Source: Octopus sinensis | Lineage: Eukaryota | Assembly: GCF_006345805.1 (NCBI RefSeq) | Contig: NC_042998.1 | Coordinates: 99,820,001-99,884,000, forward strand | DNA length: 64,000 nucleotides | Direction: 5' to 3' | Part shown: positions 13,601 through 27,636 of the stretch, piece after piece | How the letters are laid out: each line of letters opens with the position of its first letter | Position numbering within the stretch: position 1 is the first letter of the stretch | Notes under the pieces: generated by a model | What the model saw: the letters and a program-made list of their open reading frames with translations, nothing else | Told to the model about the DNA's origin: nothing | Databases searched by the model: none | Made by a program: the position numbers and the translations under genes

Positions 13601-14068
13601 GGAGGTTATTTGTCTGGTGTCGCTATAGCGTAGGTTGAATATAGTAATAGCAAGAACTTTTGGATGGAAATTCATGAATTCTTAAACACACACACACACA
13701 CACACACACTCACAGACTGCTTCTCTTATCTCCTCCTACTCTTCCTCAGCTTCACCACTCCCCTCACCACACTAGAACCGTCTACATCCTCCTTCTACCG
13801 GCTTTTATTCACCTTTTTTCCTCTCATTCTACCCTTGAATTCTCTCAACTCATGATATGAGCTGCTATTTTGCCGATCTTTCCACCCTGACGAAGAAGGC
13901 CATTATTATGGTAATGTTTGTATGCATCTTTTGGTTGTATAGCCTTGAATTTTTGTACGCTCTGTCTACCAGTTAGGAACATTACAACTATTATGTAATT
14001 CCGAAAGCCCCAAAACAGTTGTCGGAGTTAAAATACCATGCCTTCTCCCCTTAGATTTCTATACTTTT

Positions 14069-14145
14069 GGATCTTTTCTAAAAGATACGAAGTTTCAAAT
14101 TGTTTAGTTAACTAGAAAATTCTGTCCATCTTTTAGAAAAGATCC
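14069..14145. mobile_element. 77-bp miniature DNA transposon, GGATC termini, 8-bp TSD
   Basis: Perfect 18-bp TIR GGATCTTTTCTAAAAGAT; ATACTTTT duplicated at 14061-14068 and 14146-14153. Confidence 0.85.
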
Positions 14146-14225
14146 ATACTTTTCGTATTCTATGCAAATATATAAATATCTATATGCGTATATATGTGTT
14201 CATCTGGATATTTTCAGTTGTTGTT

Positions 14226-14308
<83 letters not shown>
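14226..14308. repeat. (TC)n(TA)n microsatellite
   Basis: Read directly. Confidence 0.95.
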
Positions 14309-14310
<2 letters not shown>

Positions 14311-15336
14311 TTATATATATATATTCTTATATATACCTGCATATGTATATGTATGTATCTATATTTTATATATCAATCCCAAGCGTTTACCTGTATCACT
14401 ACCTCACCTGGATTCCTCTTATAGCCACTCTTTACCCCGCGGACATAGTCCTTGATAAAGACTCCGGAGCGTAAGTTCAAATCTTTTTGAACACTACCAC
14501 GTGTGTTCTATATTGAGCATTTATGGCTTTCAACTGTTGACTCTCCCCCCCCCCCATATATATATATATATATATAATGAATTAATAAATAAAACATATG
14601 CATATATACATACATATATGTACGTACCTACCTCTACATGTATATATACATGCATATATGGGTACAGGACATAAAAAAAAACGTTGAACACAATGAGAAA
14701 CGAAAACATAAACACAAAACCAAGGAACTGGACATTTTTCTTAAACAACGAAAAAATAGAGTACTGGACAAATAACACAAGGAAAATTCCCCTCCTTCAG
14801 TCGCCATGGTTTCATTTACTCTGCGTTTCGGATACGCATCTTCGATAGAAACTTTCCTTCCCGCGAAAAGCAAATTAAATAAAATTTGAGATCTTTTTGC
14901 GGAGGGGTAAAAATGGTAACAAAAACAGGACAGTAACAACAGTACAAAATATAAACAGTAAAAGACAGGACAAGGAGAATAACAAGACAAGAAGGGCTGT
15001 TAAACTGAACGAGATAGTGTTACGAACGCTATTTTTGAGAACGGCGAAGGAGCAACAGAAAATGCCGTCTACACTTCAAGGACGCCAGGCCGGAAAGGCA
15101 GTTGCAGAGCTCTCGTCGCGGGTCAACGACGGGAGGGAGGAGGAGGAGCAAGAGAAAGGGAGAGAAAAAGGGAATGGTTGTGAGGAAACCAGAGAGAGAG
15201 AGAGAGACAGTAAGGTAGGAGAAAAGGAAACCAGAAAGAATGAAGGCTGAGAAAGGGAGGGGACAGGAAGGTCAAGGGTGTGCATCATTATTAATATTAA
15301 GAACAATCTTACTTAGAAATGGATGCGTGCGTTCCG

Positions 15337-15396
<60 letters not shown>

Positions 15397-16326
15397 TTGT
15401 TTACAAGAAACGTTTTTGAATATGCAAATAACGCTCCTATTCCATTATGCTGTCCACAGCCTAATTATGCTGACTGGTGGACAAGTTTTTGAGGTTGCAT
15501 CGAGCTGTACCGATATAATGTAGAATAAATATAGTAATAGTAACAATAATCCTTGGATGGAATTTATAAACATTTAATGCATCCTTACGCGCGTTTCTAT
15601 AAATCACATATCTCTTAATATCACAGTCCGTATTCCTCAATCAACATTACATCATAACTGTTCTACCCAACCTGCTGCCTATCATTTAAATACCTGATTC
15701 ATTTGAATCCTTAACATTGTATATAATACACTCATACAATTTAATATTTGAATGATGTAAAATAGTTACTTTATTTTCCACTTAGTACTTTATTAAATTA
15801 CGGCTTAGGTCACACAATGTTCAAACCGGAATAAAACTCTCTTAATTTAGAACTAAATTTATCGAGAGTAAATTTTTAAAAAAACACTAGAGTAAAAGGC
15901 AAATAATGAAATCATTGGATTTATTATTGAAACACATGGTCCCAAATTAACTGAAAGTAAACTGGATGCTTCAATGTTTATGTCATTTTCGATTCTCAAC
16001 ATAAACGAAATGACTTGAATTAGAAAGTCAAGTCAAATTGCAGGCTCGTCTTGTCGACTACTTGTATCACACTATGTTCACAACATATGAAAATATTTTA
16101 AGTTAATGTTTATCGCATTTGATTTCTGTAGATCCATTAAAACAATGAAAATTCAAAAGCATTTCACTCCATTGTCGGGAGCATCTTGCCAGCAGAGCAT
16201 CCAGTTGAAAGTATTCATAGCAAGCGTTATCGATAAATAATCAATATTGTATTCATCTCACTTCTAGTTTTTGAGTTTAATACTTCGTGTTTCCTGCGTC
16301 AGGAAATAGGATGCGCTGAACCACTC

Positions 16327-16375
<49 letters not shown>

Positions 16376-17360
16376 CTACTTACACATAAACACACATACG
16401 TATAATTACTTGCAGTAACTTATATAATCCTTTCATCACATGTCTTCCAGTAATTTTCCCACATGTGTTTCACACGTCCAAACCTATTTAAATCGTATTT
16501 ACTCTATTCTGCCATTAAAAAAAAAGAATCTTTTCGAAGACCTTTTATAGATTTCGAAAAACCGCAGCGCTACAAACAGTTTCTTTAAAGTTCATCTCGC
16601 GGTAATTCTTTTCCATAATTTGTGAGAGTTGTGTACACGGTTCTGCTCTTGCTCCCTTATCATAAACGACAGATGTCAACTTCGAAATCAAATTTTACAT
16701 AACGATATAAAAATGTTATTTTCTTCGGGTGAATGTTTATCTTTCGATAGCCTCGCCTCTTTCTCTTATACTTAATATCATTACAGGACAAACATAGCAC
16801 CCACAATTGAAACATTTAAACATATAGTTTTAGATTATTAGCGAAAGATAACTATGGTTGTATAACATTCATGCCTTTCTCAAAATGATGAATAGTGTAA
16901 ATGAAATGATAAGGCTACCGCTGGGAATCAAAACGGTGTCTTGGACTAGGCTCGTAACCAACTTCTAAGCAGTTCCACTTGTTACTCTCTCCCTTTGTTT
17001 CTTTCTTTTATTCATATATATACCTATAATTCATCTTTATTGAGCTCTTTATTGGAACTTTGTACAAAGAAATATTTTCGTTATACTTTTGAGGTACTTA
17101 TTTATCTAATGAATATCTTTCTGTACTTTAAATATTATTTTTATTGTTAATTCTTGAGAGTAGATCCCTTTATTATAAATTATTGATGGTTCTACTGTAT
17201 ACCTCGTACTCCGGTTTTACTTTGCGAGACTACGAATGTGAGTAAAATCAGTAATTGTTTTACTGTGAATCTTTCTGTTGTCTGCTGATGATGGACAACA
17301 GAAAATGAACGTATGTTTCTATGTGTGTCCAGCAATGGAGAAAATACGTCCTATATATAT

Positions 17361-17636
17361 AGGCGTGATTGTGCGGCTGAGAAGCTAACTTCCCAACCAC
17401 ATGGTTTCGAGTACAGTCCCACTGGGCGGCAATTTGGGCAAGTGTCTTCTATTGTTTTATGAATGGATCTGGTAAATGTGTATATCCCCATAACTTAACG
17501 GTTGAGTATACGAGGTCGATAGAATAAGTACGAGACTTTAAAGATATAAGTACCGGGCTGGATTCCGTCGAATATAACCCTTCAAGGCGGTGTCCGAGCA
17601 TTGCTGTGGTCCTGATACTAAAACAGATAAAAGGTG
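17361..17636 (+). mobile_element. SINE family B
   Basis: CCAACCACATGGTTTCG...TTGGGCAAGTGTCTTCTA...GATAGAATAAGTAC...CAAGGCGGTG. Confidence 0.75.
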
Positions 17637-18097
17637 TATAATCGATGTTTATTTTCAAGTGGTTTTATTTTTTCTTTTGCTCAAGCCTTGTATATTATTA
17701 TATCATCCCTCTACAATTGAATTTATTCACCTTTATTGAGCACCTTGCCAGAGTTTGGTACAAAGAAATATCTTCATTATATTCACGCGTTATTCATTTC
17801 ATATTCTTGAATTTTGAAAAATGAGCAGAATAGAACGCAAAGCAAAGTGTGTGTGTGTGTGTGTAAAACCGAGATTCTTCTCCATAAATTGTGTTAATCT
17901 ACCCTACATTAGACTTTGTTACCTTTTCCAAGTACGTAAGAATTGCGCTCAGCACGGCAAACTAGTGAAATAGTTGTCATTTACAAGACATCTCTCTGAT
18001 TACAGCGTTAAATGATATACCTTATGCTACCTGCTTGAAAGTCCCTTTTTTATTTAGTCGGAAGGGATGGTAGGGCCATAGCGATTCACAGACTTAT

Positions 18098-18313
18098 AAT
18101 CTTTTCTACTCTAGGCAGAAGGCCCGAAATTTTGGGGGAGGGGTCCAGCCGATTAGATCGACCCCAGTACGCAACTGGTACTTAATTTATCGACCCCGAA
18201 AGGATGAAGGGCAAAGTTGACCTCGGCGGAATTTGAACTCAGGACGTAAAGACAGACAAAACACCACTAAGCGTTTCGCCCGGCGTGCTAACGTTTCTGT
18301 CAGCTCGCTGCCT
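18098..18313 (-). mobile_element. SINE family A, well-preserved copy (tRNA-type head)
   Basis: The minus strand reads GGCAGCGAGCTGACAGAAACGTTAG (A-box-like), GAGTTCAAATTCC (B box) and GAGGTCAACTTTGCCCTTCATCCTTTCGGGGTCGATAAATTAAGTACC. From memory the last block resembles the Meta-SINE central domain; not checked. Confidence 0.9.
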
Positions 18314-19255
18314 TCACAGACTGATAATGGTAAGATCGATGCAGTTGCTACTCAGTTTGAGCTTTGTTCTAATTAAACAGATCTTTTGTCAAAAGTGTTC
18401 CAGTTGTGACACCCTAAACTTCATTATCCTACATGACTTGCCACCTTTTAAAACGATAAGATGTGAATTGTAGAATATTTATTTGCTATTTCTACTAGGT
18501 TGAGCAGTCTTCAAGAAGCTCGTGTGGAAGCTCATCATCGGCTCATTTTTTCAGTTTAATAGTTGTAAACGATAAGTGGATTTGGAAAGAATTTCTAATG
18601 GTTGGTGAGCAGCGCTTAGTGTTTGCTAGTAACATTGAGAATAGTCCGCAATTGTTCAATTATGAAGAATTGCATGGCTTTAAAAACAGAGATGTAGTAT
18701 TTTGGAGGCAATTGTTACAATAAGAGATGTACATTTGGCAATGTTATAAATATTAGAATTGAGTCTTTTAGGTTTTTTCGCCAAGATCAAAGCACAGTCT
18801 CTCCAGCGGTTGATGGGCTTGACCTGTCGCTTGTTTTTATACCCTATAAAATCCGTGAATATATTTAGCAGAAGCCAGTCTGTTTTTAGCATTTAAGGCA
18901 AGATAACTTCCTCTTACTAGCTTTGTATGCCCCGAAAGCGGTCTTGGACATTGCCCTTTTTTTTTCTTTGATTAAACTATTTAAAAAACTGGCTTTGAGC
19001 TTGTAGGTAGACATTTTGGAAAAAAACAAACAGTATCGCTTTTTTATTCACGACATCAGTCACATTCATCCAACTTAAGTATACTGCAGTAGACTAAGCT
19101 CCTGGTTGAGTTGAGTCAACGAATCGATATTTATTTTCGAAGTTTCACTTACCTTGATAAATGCATGAACTCTACTACAATATTTTCGTTTTCTTTTACT
19201 TTTTATAAGGTCTTTGTGTCAAGTCAAAAAGAACCTATTATTTTTATCTTTCATT

Positions 19256-19437
19256 AGTTGAAGGATTAAAATTAATCAAAGGACATACTTAGTATTTTCT
19301 TTGATTCATTTTAATCCTTCAGCTATTTAATACTCTGCAATCGCCTATATTATTGATTCTGTTATCATCATTTTTAATTGTTACACTAGATAATAATAGA
19401 GTCAAATATTTTCTCCTGAATTATTTGCTCCGTATTT
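19256..19437. repeat. Short relative of the 48909 fold-back with its interior missing
   Basis: Outer arms AGTTGAAGGATTAAAATTAATCAAAGGA / TCTTTGATTCATTTTAATCCTTCAGCT, followed by about 100 bp (AATCGCCTATA...TTTGCTCCGTATT) also found at 49339-49447. Confidence 0.75.
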
Positions 19438-20588
19438 TTCATGAGAAAACGGAATGTTCTTTTTGCTAATTGTATAGCTCTATGTCACCCTTGATCGCGT
19501 AGACTTATGATTAAAGGCATTCCATCCGTAATCAACCTGTATTTTCAGACTACAATCTCTGTCGTTTTCTTTTTAAGGTTGTACGTTGTCATAAATAATA
19601 TCCAGAAATTTGGCCACTAATTCTAGCAGTAAAGGCAACCACGTGGAGACTCCATCATTATTATTGGTAATACTAACGGTTAAGTTAAAGTAAAGTAATA
19701 TCTTCACGTTTACCCACTTAAGCTTTATAGAACTGGCAACGAGAGTATTCTATCGCTGCTACAACAGGCAGTGCCTCCTATTCTTGTTACATAACACGAT
19801 TATTTAGCTGTACTCAGTTGAAATATTCTAACAGAATGTCAACACAATTACAATGATCTTAAAAAAACAGTGGCTGTTAATTTTAATTATAAAATTAAGA
19901 ATAACAGTTAAGGAAATAAGTGAAGCAACAGTGTTTCTGTTAAAACATATGGTAGGAAGATGTTTAAGAATCCCTAAAAACATATTTCTTTTAATGTTTA
20001 GCAATTTTTTTCCTTCCATTGTTTTAGTTTCCTATAGCTTTGCTATTTGTTTCAAGTAATTGACAAGAACATAAGCAAGAATTTTCAGAAAAAAACAAGA
20101 AAAACAAAAAAACATTTCCATAAGAAAGTCAATTCTAAAAGTAAAGAATTCCAACTTTTTTTTAACACTTATCTTATTTCTCCTTTTAATCTTTGAGTAA
20201 TTTGGAATCGAGCCAAGCAAAGATTAATTTGGAGTCGAGCCAGCACTCTTTTCACCGATGGGGAAATCGATTGCACTGCAATTATTTGTAGCGTTGCACT
20301 GAGCGTCGTTAAGTTAGAAGTAGGCTTCTTGTGAACTAATACTGTCTCAGTTTCGATTCATGTTTGCAGTCAAATCACCTCGTATCATTTAGCACCACTA
20401 GTACTCTTGTAAAAAACAAATTAATTGAAAGTATTAGTGTTATAATTTCTTATTTAAAAATAGCGAGCACCTTAAGGTGGTGGCATAAACTCGCAACTTA
20501 GTTTCAACTCTTGATTGAAAGGACCCAAAATATTTTTATTTCACAATAACGTCATAAAATCCGTCGTCAATATTGTGAATGCCTCTTA

Positions 20589-20780
20589 AGGCGGCGAGCC
20601 GGCAGAATCGTTAGCACGCCAGGTATGGTGCTTAGCGACATTTCGTCCGTCTCTACGTTCTGAGTTCAAATTCCACTAAGGGTCGATAAAATAAGAACCA
20701 GTTGAGCACTGGGATCGATTTAATCGACTTGGTCCCTTCCCCGAAACTGCTGGCCTTCTACCAAAATTGAAACCAATATC
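20589..20780 (+). mobile_element. SINE family A with an internal deletion
   Basis: GGCGGCGAGCCGGCAGAATCGTTAGCACGCC...GAGTTCAAATTCC...GGGTCGATAAAATAAG. Confidence 0.85.
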
Positions 20781-21623
20781 ATGAATGCCTCTTAATCTTG
20801 CCTCCTCCTTTCGTATACATTCTACAACCTTGTACCTACATAAGAAATAAATATCAGCACCGTAGAATAAGTGGCGTCTTTGGTAGAATTCATGACATGA
20901 CTTCAAATTCCAGTTACAAAATACATGAATGCAATAACTTCTGTTTACCTTTTATCAAAAAATGAAGGACCTTTGTGTTTAGTATAAGAGGGAAAAACAA
21001 ATGAAATTGTAACATTTTTGGTACTTCCCTATTATCGAATGCTGATTTTTTAGCAAATAATCCATTACACTCGTGAGATCGTCGTAATAGTAGGTCGGGG
21101 GTATCTTCGGAATAGGTATCACAACCTCTTTGAGAAAGGAAAAGGCAAAATACTGGGTGATTCTTTTTGCAAAAGATTTTCATTTTATGAAAACGTTAAT
21201 TTTTAATATTCTACTCTCCGATTCCGTACCTTTTCTGGGAAATTTTTATTAGTATTTTTCTCCATGAGATTCCGATAGCTATCTTACATTCGTCTCACGA
21301 GTGTAATAGTTTATTTACTAAATCTTTAGTAAATAAAATCAGCTATCACTAACAACAAAATACCTACATTTTTATTATTACTAATATATTTGCGCTTTTG
21401 TTAATATCTTCCGTTGAAGAAAGATCAACCACCATTGAAAGCGAGACACGCGCGTGGTTAGGTCCATAACGTTATTTTTTAAAAATATTTTTTGTTTCAC
21501 TGTTGTTTAATAATGTTGCTTAGCTCCTGATAGATGATTGGACAAATTTATGATGAGAAGCATTTCAGTCGAGATGGTCAGGTCTTTTTACATATTTAGA
21601 ACTAAGTTGATTAATGTTTCTTT

Positions 21624-21689
<66 letters not shown>

Positions 21690-21859
21690 AAACATTAATC
21701 AAATAAATAATCCAATCGTGTGTATATTTATATCTTATACTGTTGGGTCTTACCATTGGGTACCCTATTGTTTCAATATATATTTATATGCGATTTTTGA
21801 TAATTTGGGAATGATATAAAGTTGTTTGACCGATTGGAGCGTTTATGCATTATACATTT

Positions 21860-21905
<46 letters not shown>

Positions 21906-23119
21906 TGTGTGTGTGTGTGTGTGTATGTGTATTTGCTTATCTCACTCATACACCACATGACAACCGCTGTTGTTTATGTCACCACAACGTAATGGTTCTG
22001 TGAATGTTAAAATAAGTATGAGGCTTTAAATATGACTACTGGGATCGAGTTGTTTGACTATTCAATTCAAGGCGGTTCTCCAGCATTTGCTGCAGTCCAG
22101 GGACTGAAATCAGTAAAAGATAAAAGATATGGAGGGAACAGAAGTCCGATTTAATTCCCATGTAACATATTGGTCAAGATAGTCCTTATACATACAGTAT
22201 TAGGAAAGGAGTACTAGGAAATGTCCGGTTGAGTACGGTTGGCGCCTACACTGTACGCTGTGAGATTTTGTGATAACTTAACAACAATTGGAATCGATAG
22301 AGCTGGTGATTTTTCTCTGCTCATTACTATATTAGCTCTTTAGTATTCAGATTATTCTGTCTGATGAAATGGTTATTTATTCACATTGTTTCAAATTGAC
22401 CAGGCATTACCTGGTGCCGGTCTAGTATGTGATATACATACATGTTTCTGGTGTAACTTGTGATCTACATTAGCTTAAATGATATAGTGTGTGATCTAGA
22501 AGCTAAAATTCGTCTTCTGAAAAAAAAAACAAGAGGTGTTCCATTGCAAACATTTCAATCCCATTTAGATTTCATTTGTTTGAAGATTTTAAGATCAAAT
22601 TAGCAAAATCTCTTTATTGCATTTTTAAATGATATCCGTGCTGCATACAAATAGTCACAGTATTCATGTTTCTAGTATGAAATAAAAATCAATAAAAATG
22701 TTTCTTTTTCTTTTACTTTTTAAATGTTTAACTCACTCCTCTAATTATAATTGCAAATTTATAACAGAAATTTGAATGTTGATCGTCTAGATTTAAGTTG
22801 TTGTGGATCACAATGGCATGTAGATCACATACAACACTGGCACCCATTATCTTGTAGCTTCGAGATTTTGATGGTTCGAATGTTTATAGAGGTTGGTTTG
22901 AGCATAAAACTGGTTGAATATTTGGTCCCTGATATGGCCGCTTTAAATGCTAAAGGATAAAAAAAAAAACGAGAGATGGATCCATTGCCTATATTCGGGA
23001 GGTTGGTCATTTGTGATTTTTCTTGTGAGAAGATTTGTACTCAGCATTCTTCGATTCCCACACTGGGTCACGATCCCTCGCTGTACTTAGAGTTTGATAA
23101 ACTCTGCTGTTGAAAGATT

Positions 23120-23300
23120 TTGTTGTTGTTTAACCGAAGTTAGCACTGACTGAGCAGACATACGAACAAAGGCATTACAACTACATTAAATAATGAAGTT
23201 CTGATTATACTATATCAGAAAAAAGATGGGACGGTCATGGCTGGAATGTCTTTGATAATGGCTTTACTCAATCAAAGGCTACACAATGACAACAACAAAA
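23120..23300. repeat. Abundant short hairpin-type repeat (GTTGTTGTTT...CAAAGGC.TT.CA.C)
   Basis: Two imperfect inverted arms here; single arms recur at about 12630, 19488, 45618 and 60990. Confidence 0.55.
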
Positions 23301-23348
23301 CAGCAACTGTATTTGGCAAAATTTGTAGAAACTGCTATTCACTTTCTC

Positions 23349-23380
<32 letters not shown>

Positions 23381-25879
23381 CTGTCTATCTATCTTTTCTG
23401 GCTATCTATCTCATAAATATATTGGGAGCAGACAATTGTAATTAAAACTGAACGATACATGACTCCTCACGGAATTTGAATGATGGGTGTTAAATTAGAT
23501 AAAAAGACAACCGAAGGGGCAAATGGAAGGAAGCAGGTGAGGGTGGGATGGGAGTAGAAATTCGTAAATAAATACCATTTCTAAATAAAAGTTTTCTCAT
23601 CTAGTCTAAGTTCACTTTCCAGCTAGAGACGCTTAAGAATTTAGAGTGCAAAATATAATGTCATTTAGCAAGAGAGGATTTAACATGACATTTTCTCTGG
23701 AGTCAGTAGGAATTACTATTCCATATATTAAAGTTAGCTTTTCTCGCTTCCTCCTCTACCTCCCCCCGTCTCTCTTTCTTTATCTATCTATCTATCTATC
23801 TATCTATCTGTATATTAGTCGATTGGGAAGTCGTTAGAGCGTCGGATATTGTTCTGATTCTCTGCACTCATGAGTTAAAATCTCATGGCTTATCACTGGT
23901 AACACGAGCCCTTCGGGACCTGGCGAAAATGGTGATAGATGTGAGAAGTCCTTAATCAAAACGCTTAAATATTTCATCTGCTAATCCTCTATTTGAGCCA
24001 CCTGCTAGCAAGTGAGAATGCAGGAGTGCTTCAAGACCTATGCTCTCGAAGAACGAATGATGTATATTTACAAATAAACTGATAATCAAACCAAAGAAAG
24101 CAATTTCAAAACTCGGAGCCTTACAACTAGGCTCAAATAGCATATTCGTACCCTCTTTTCGACTGCCTGTCATACACATAAAAGATGTGTATGAAAATCT
24201 GATTTGTTATTTGCATTTATTTGCATTGTAGGTCTTGAATGTATGAAGGAAACTTTACTGGTTTATATGCACACAGTTTGCGTGTATTTATAGTTATATA
24301 GTTTATACTGCGGTACTTTCATTGGAGTCGTTGTGTGTGTGGTGTATGTGTGTCTGTGTAATATATTTTGTGTGAACTGAATGATTGCACAAGTCATTCT
24401 TAAGCACTATACACTATTTACGAAGTAATAAGGTTTGTTATTTTGTTTATTTACTGAAACCACACATGCATTGAACTCCAACGTGACTGTTGAACATTTT
24501 CAGATAAAAAAAAAATAACTAAATGATAACACACTTAAAGCCTGGTTGCAGAATAAATAAAACCCAAAGAGGGTAAATACATTTAAATTCGTATGTGCAG
24601 ATTAGTCCGGAAGAATGAGCAAGCAGGGTTCCCTATTTCCATAATTAAGCAAGCATAAACAGATGTCTTACTAAGTATAATGATGTTTTTCATACTGTTC
24701 TCAAGATTTTAAGTTACCTATTTACACAGACTTCAACCAAGTGGGGGTGCATGTGTATGTATATGGTGTACGTGTTTGTGTGTTTATAATAAATATCCAG
24801 TCGTGTGTGTAGCCTTCTCTCGTTCATTTTTTATCCACCCATTTATTTTTTCTATTTTCTGTATGATAATGTCGTTCCCACTGAGAGAGCTCGACTGGTT
24901 AACTAATACACACGCGCGCAAGCGCATGTGTTACATAAATGACAATAGAGAAAATAATTCTATGTAAGAATACATATATTGTTTTGCCCTGAAACAATGT
25001 TATTCAGATATATTACTTAAATTATTCTATGAAGAAAGATAATCTAAGCTGTTTAAAATTAGCTGATATCTTTAATACAATCTAGACATAACTCATTTAT
25101 TGTCATCTCGCAGTTTTTCTTATCGCTTGTTTATATATTTATTAGATATTTGATAATACTCTTTCTTTCTATAATTGAAAGTGCACACCGCTAAGCAGGG
25201 GAAGGACGGTTTAGTTGGAGCACCTTTCACAAAAACGCTTCTTTTCAACACATGGTTATATTACTATACCCACAATGTTATCTTTTTATAGATATACATA
25301 TGTACAGCAGACTCAGCAGAAGCTTCGCCCTACAATGGGGTTAGCTGGAACATGTTACACAGAGTATGTTGGAACAACCAGTACTTCTAGAACAATTCAA
25401 GTGTTATTTTCGAATTTCATTCTCTAATACTGTGGCATCATCTTGTTTAGCTCCTTTTTCAGCGACGGTTTCTTTCGCCGTTTGCATTATCGCACATTCA
25501 CTTCCGTTGAAGATACCAAATCTTATCTGGAGTGCATCTACACATCTTTAAAAAAGGGGGTCACGTTATAACTAAATATAGTTGAACGCCACAGGGGCTG
25601 CTACGTTCTTACTGCAATGTTCTCATGTTTCTTAAGAAAATTATGCAACCGACCTTTGCCTGCAGTTTTGTTTTCCATTAAAGTCTACGGTACCTTTGGG
25701 CAAAGTCGACTCTCATATGCAATCGCTTAACTGTTGACCTAATTTTCAATTCAAAAGCGATTTATGTACGGTATACATGTAATAGTGGGGTTAGTCGGAT
25801 CCTCCACTTGACCCCTCTCATCATGTTCCTCCAAGCCCAATGTAGTAAGACCTCAACGTGTGTGTAACACAAATTCGTT

Positions 25880-26022
25880 TCTACTTTAGGCACAAGGCCC
25901 TAAATTTATCGGGGCCAGACTGCCAGTTGATTAGATCGACCCAAGTATGCAACTGGTACTTAATTTATCGACCCCCCGAAAGGATGAAAGGCAAAGTTGA
26001 CCTCGGCAGAATTTGAACTCAG
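25880..26022 (-). mobile_element. SINE family A, 3' portion
   Basis: TAGGCACAAGGCCC...GATTAGATCGACCC...GGATGAAAGGCAAAGTTGACCTCGGC. Confidence 0.8.
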
Positions 26023-26377
26023 AAAGTAGAGTGCAACACGAATTGCATGAGGTAAATTATTCGCTGCTCTATTCCGATTACTGTCAACCAAACAATCAAC
26101 ACACAAAAGCATCCATTCCTAACTACAGATTTCTAACAAGTGAAAATTTTACTTTAAGATGTGATAAATGCTCAAATTTTTTCTGTAAGAATGAAATCTT
26201 TATGCTTCAACTAGGTACCAATATATTTGAAAGATAGTAAAAGGGGGTCTTGTAAAATCGCGCTAGTCTTCAACTCAGGTCCTCTGTTTCTTTTGAAAAA
26301 GGAGTGTTCCAAAAATTTCAATTTTTCCTACAAATGTAGAAGCGTGTGTATGTGTTATATATAAATAAAAAAATAAA

Positions 26378-26550
26378 TGTGCCCTTTTTAGAGCCTAGCA
26401 AGGCCCGGTTTCCCGGTTTCAATGGGGCATGTGTTCCCCAGCTGGACGGGACGCCAGTCCATCGCAGCGTTACTCATTTTTGCCAGCTGAGTTGACTGGA
26501 GCAACGTGAAATGATGCTGACACCCTAACCACTAAGCCACGCGCCTCCAT
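26378..26550 (-). mobile_element. SINE family C with an internal deletion
   Basis: The minus strand starts ATGGAGGCGCGTGGCTTAGTGGTTAGGGTGTC (tRNA A-box-like), then CCAGTCAACTCAGCTGGC and GCGATGGACTGGCGTCCCGTCCAG. Confidence 0.7.
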
Positions 26551-27189
<639 letters not shown>

Positions 27190-27213
<24 letters not shown>

Positions 27214-27336
27214 TAATCCAAACATGAAAACACAAAGAGAAAACGCAACAACGCGAGGACGAGGAACAAGTATAGTATTATTGGACGCTCAGGAAAGAAG
27301 GAGGGTTTAACGTTTCGAGCGGAGCTCTTCGTCAGA
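27190..27336 (-). mobile_element. Short Penelope pseudo-LTR-like fragment with a hammerhead-type core
   Basis: The minus strand reads CTGACGA-A-GAGC-TCC-GCTC-GAAAC-GTT (27335-27309), flanked by (TA)n on both sides. Confidence 0.55.
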
Positions 27337-27560
27337 ATATATATATAATTTTTTTTATATTAAGTTAAAATGCATCGCCCAGTGTAAAACTACGATCAAA
27401 CCCTTGGATGCATTTAGCGATGTCCACTCTGTTGCAAATATTCTAAGTATCCGGTATGAGGAAATCAAATACATCCTAATTACTTTCTTCTATTTTGCAT
27501 CAGTCGCAAAGACAATGACTAAGTTATAACGAGTCTCCTCTGATATAACTTTATATAGGC

Positions 27561-27573
27561 AGATAGATAAATA

Positions 27574-27607
<34 letters not shown>

Positions 27608-27636
27608 GATAGATAGATAGATAGATAGATAGATAG
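27561..27636. repeat. (GATA)n microsatellite
   Basis: Read directly; interrupted. Confidence 0.95.

Noticed and set aside
13870-13998. CTGACGAAG ... CCGAAAGC as a long-stem hammerhead
   Set aside because: No stem II pairing, no NUH triplet and no stem I could be built.
15586-15598. Minus-strand GAAACGCGCGUA, a hammerhead stem III-like string
   Set aside because: No CUGANGA core or stem I partner upstream.
17285-17322. CTGATGA-TGGACAACA-GAAA
   Set aside because: Stem I and stem III do not pair; compatible with chance.
21041-21343. Imperfect inverted repeat of about 38 bp per arm
   Set aside because: Probably an old MITE, but neither ends nor TSD could be defined.
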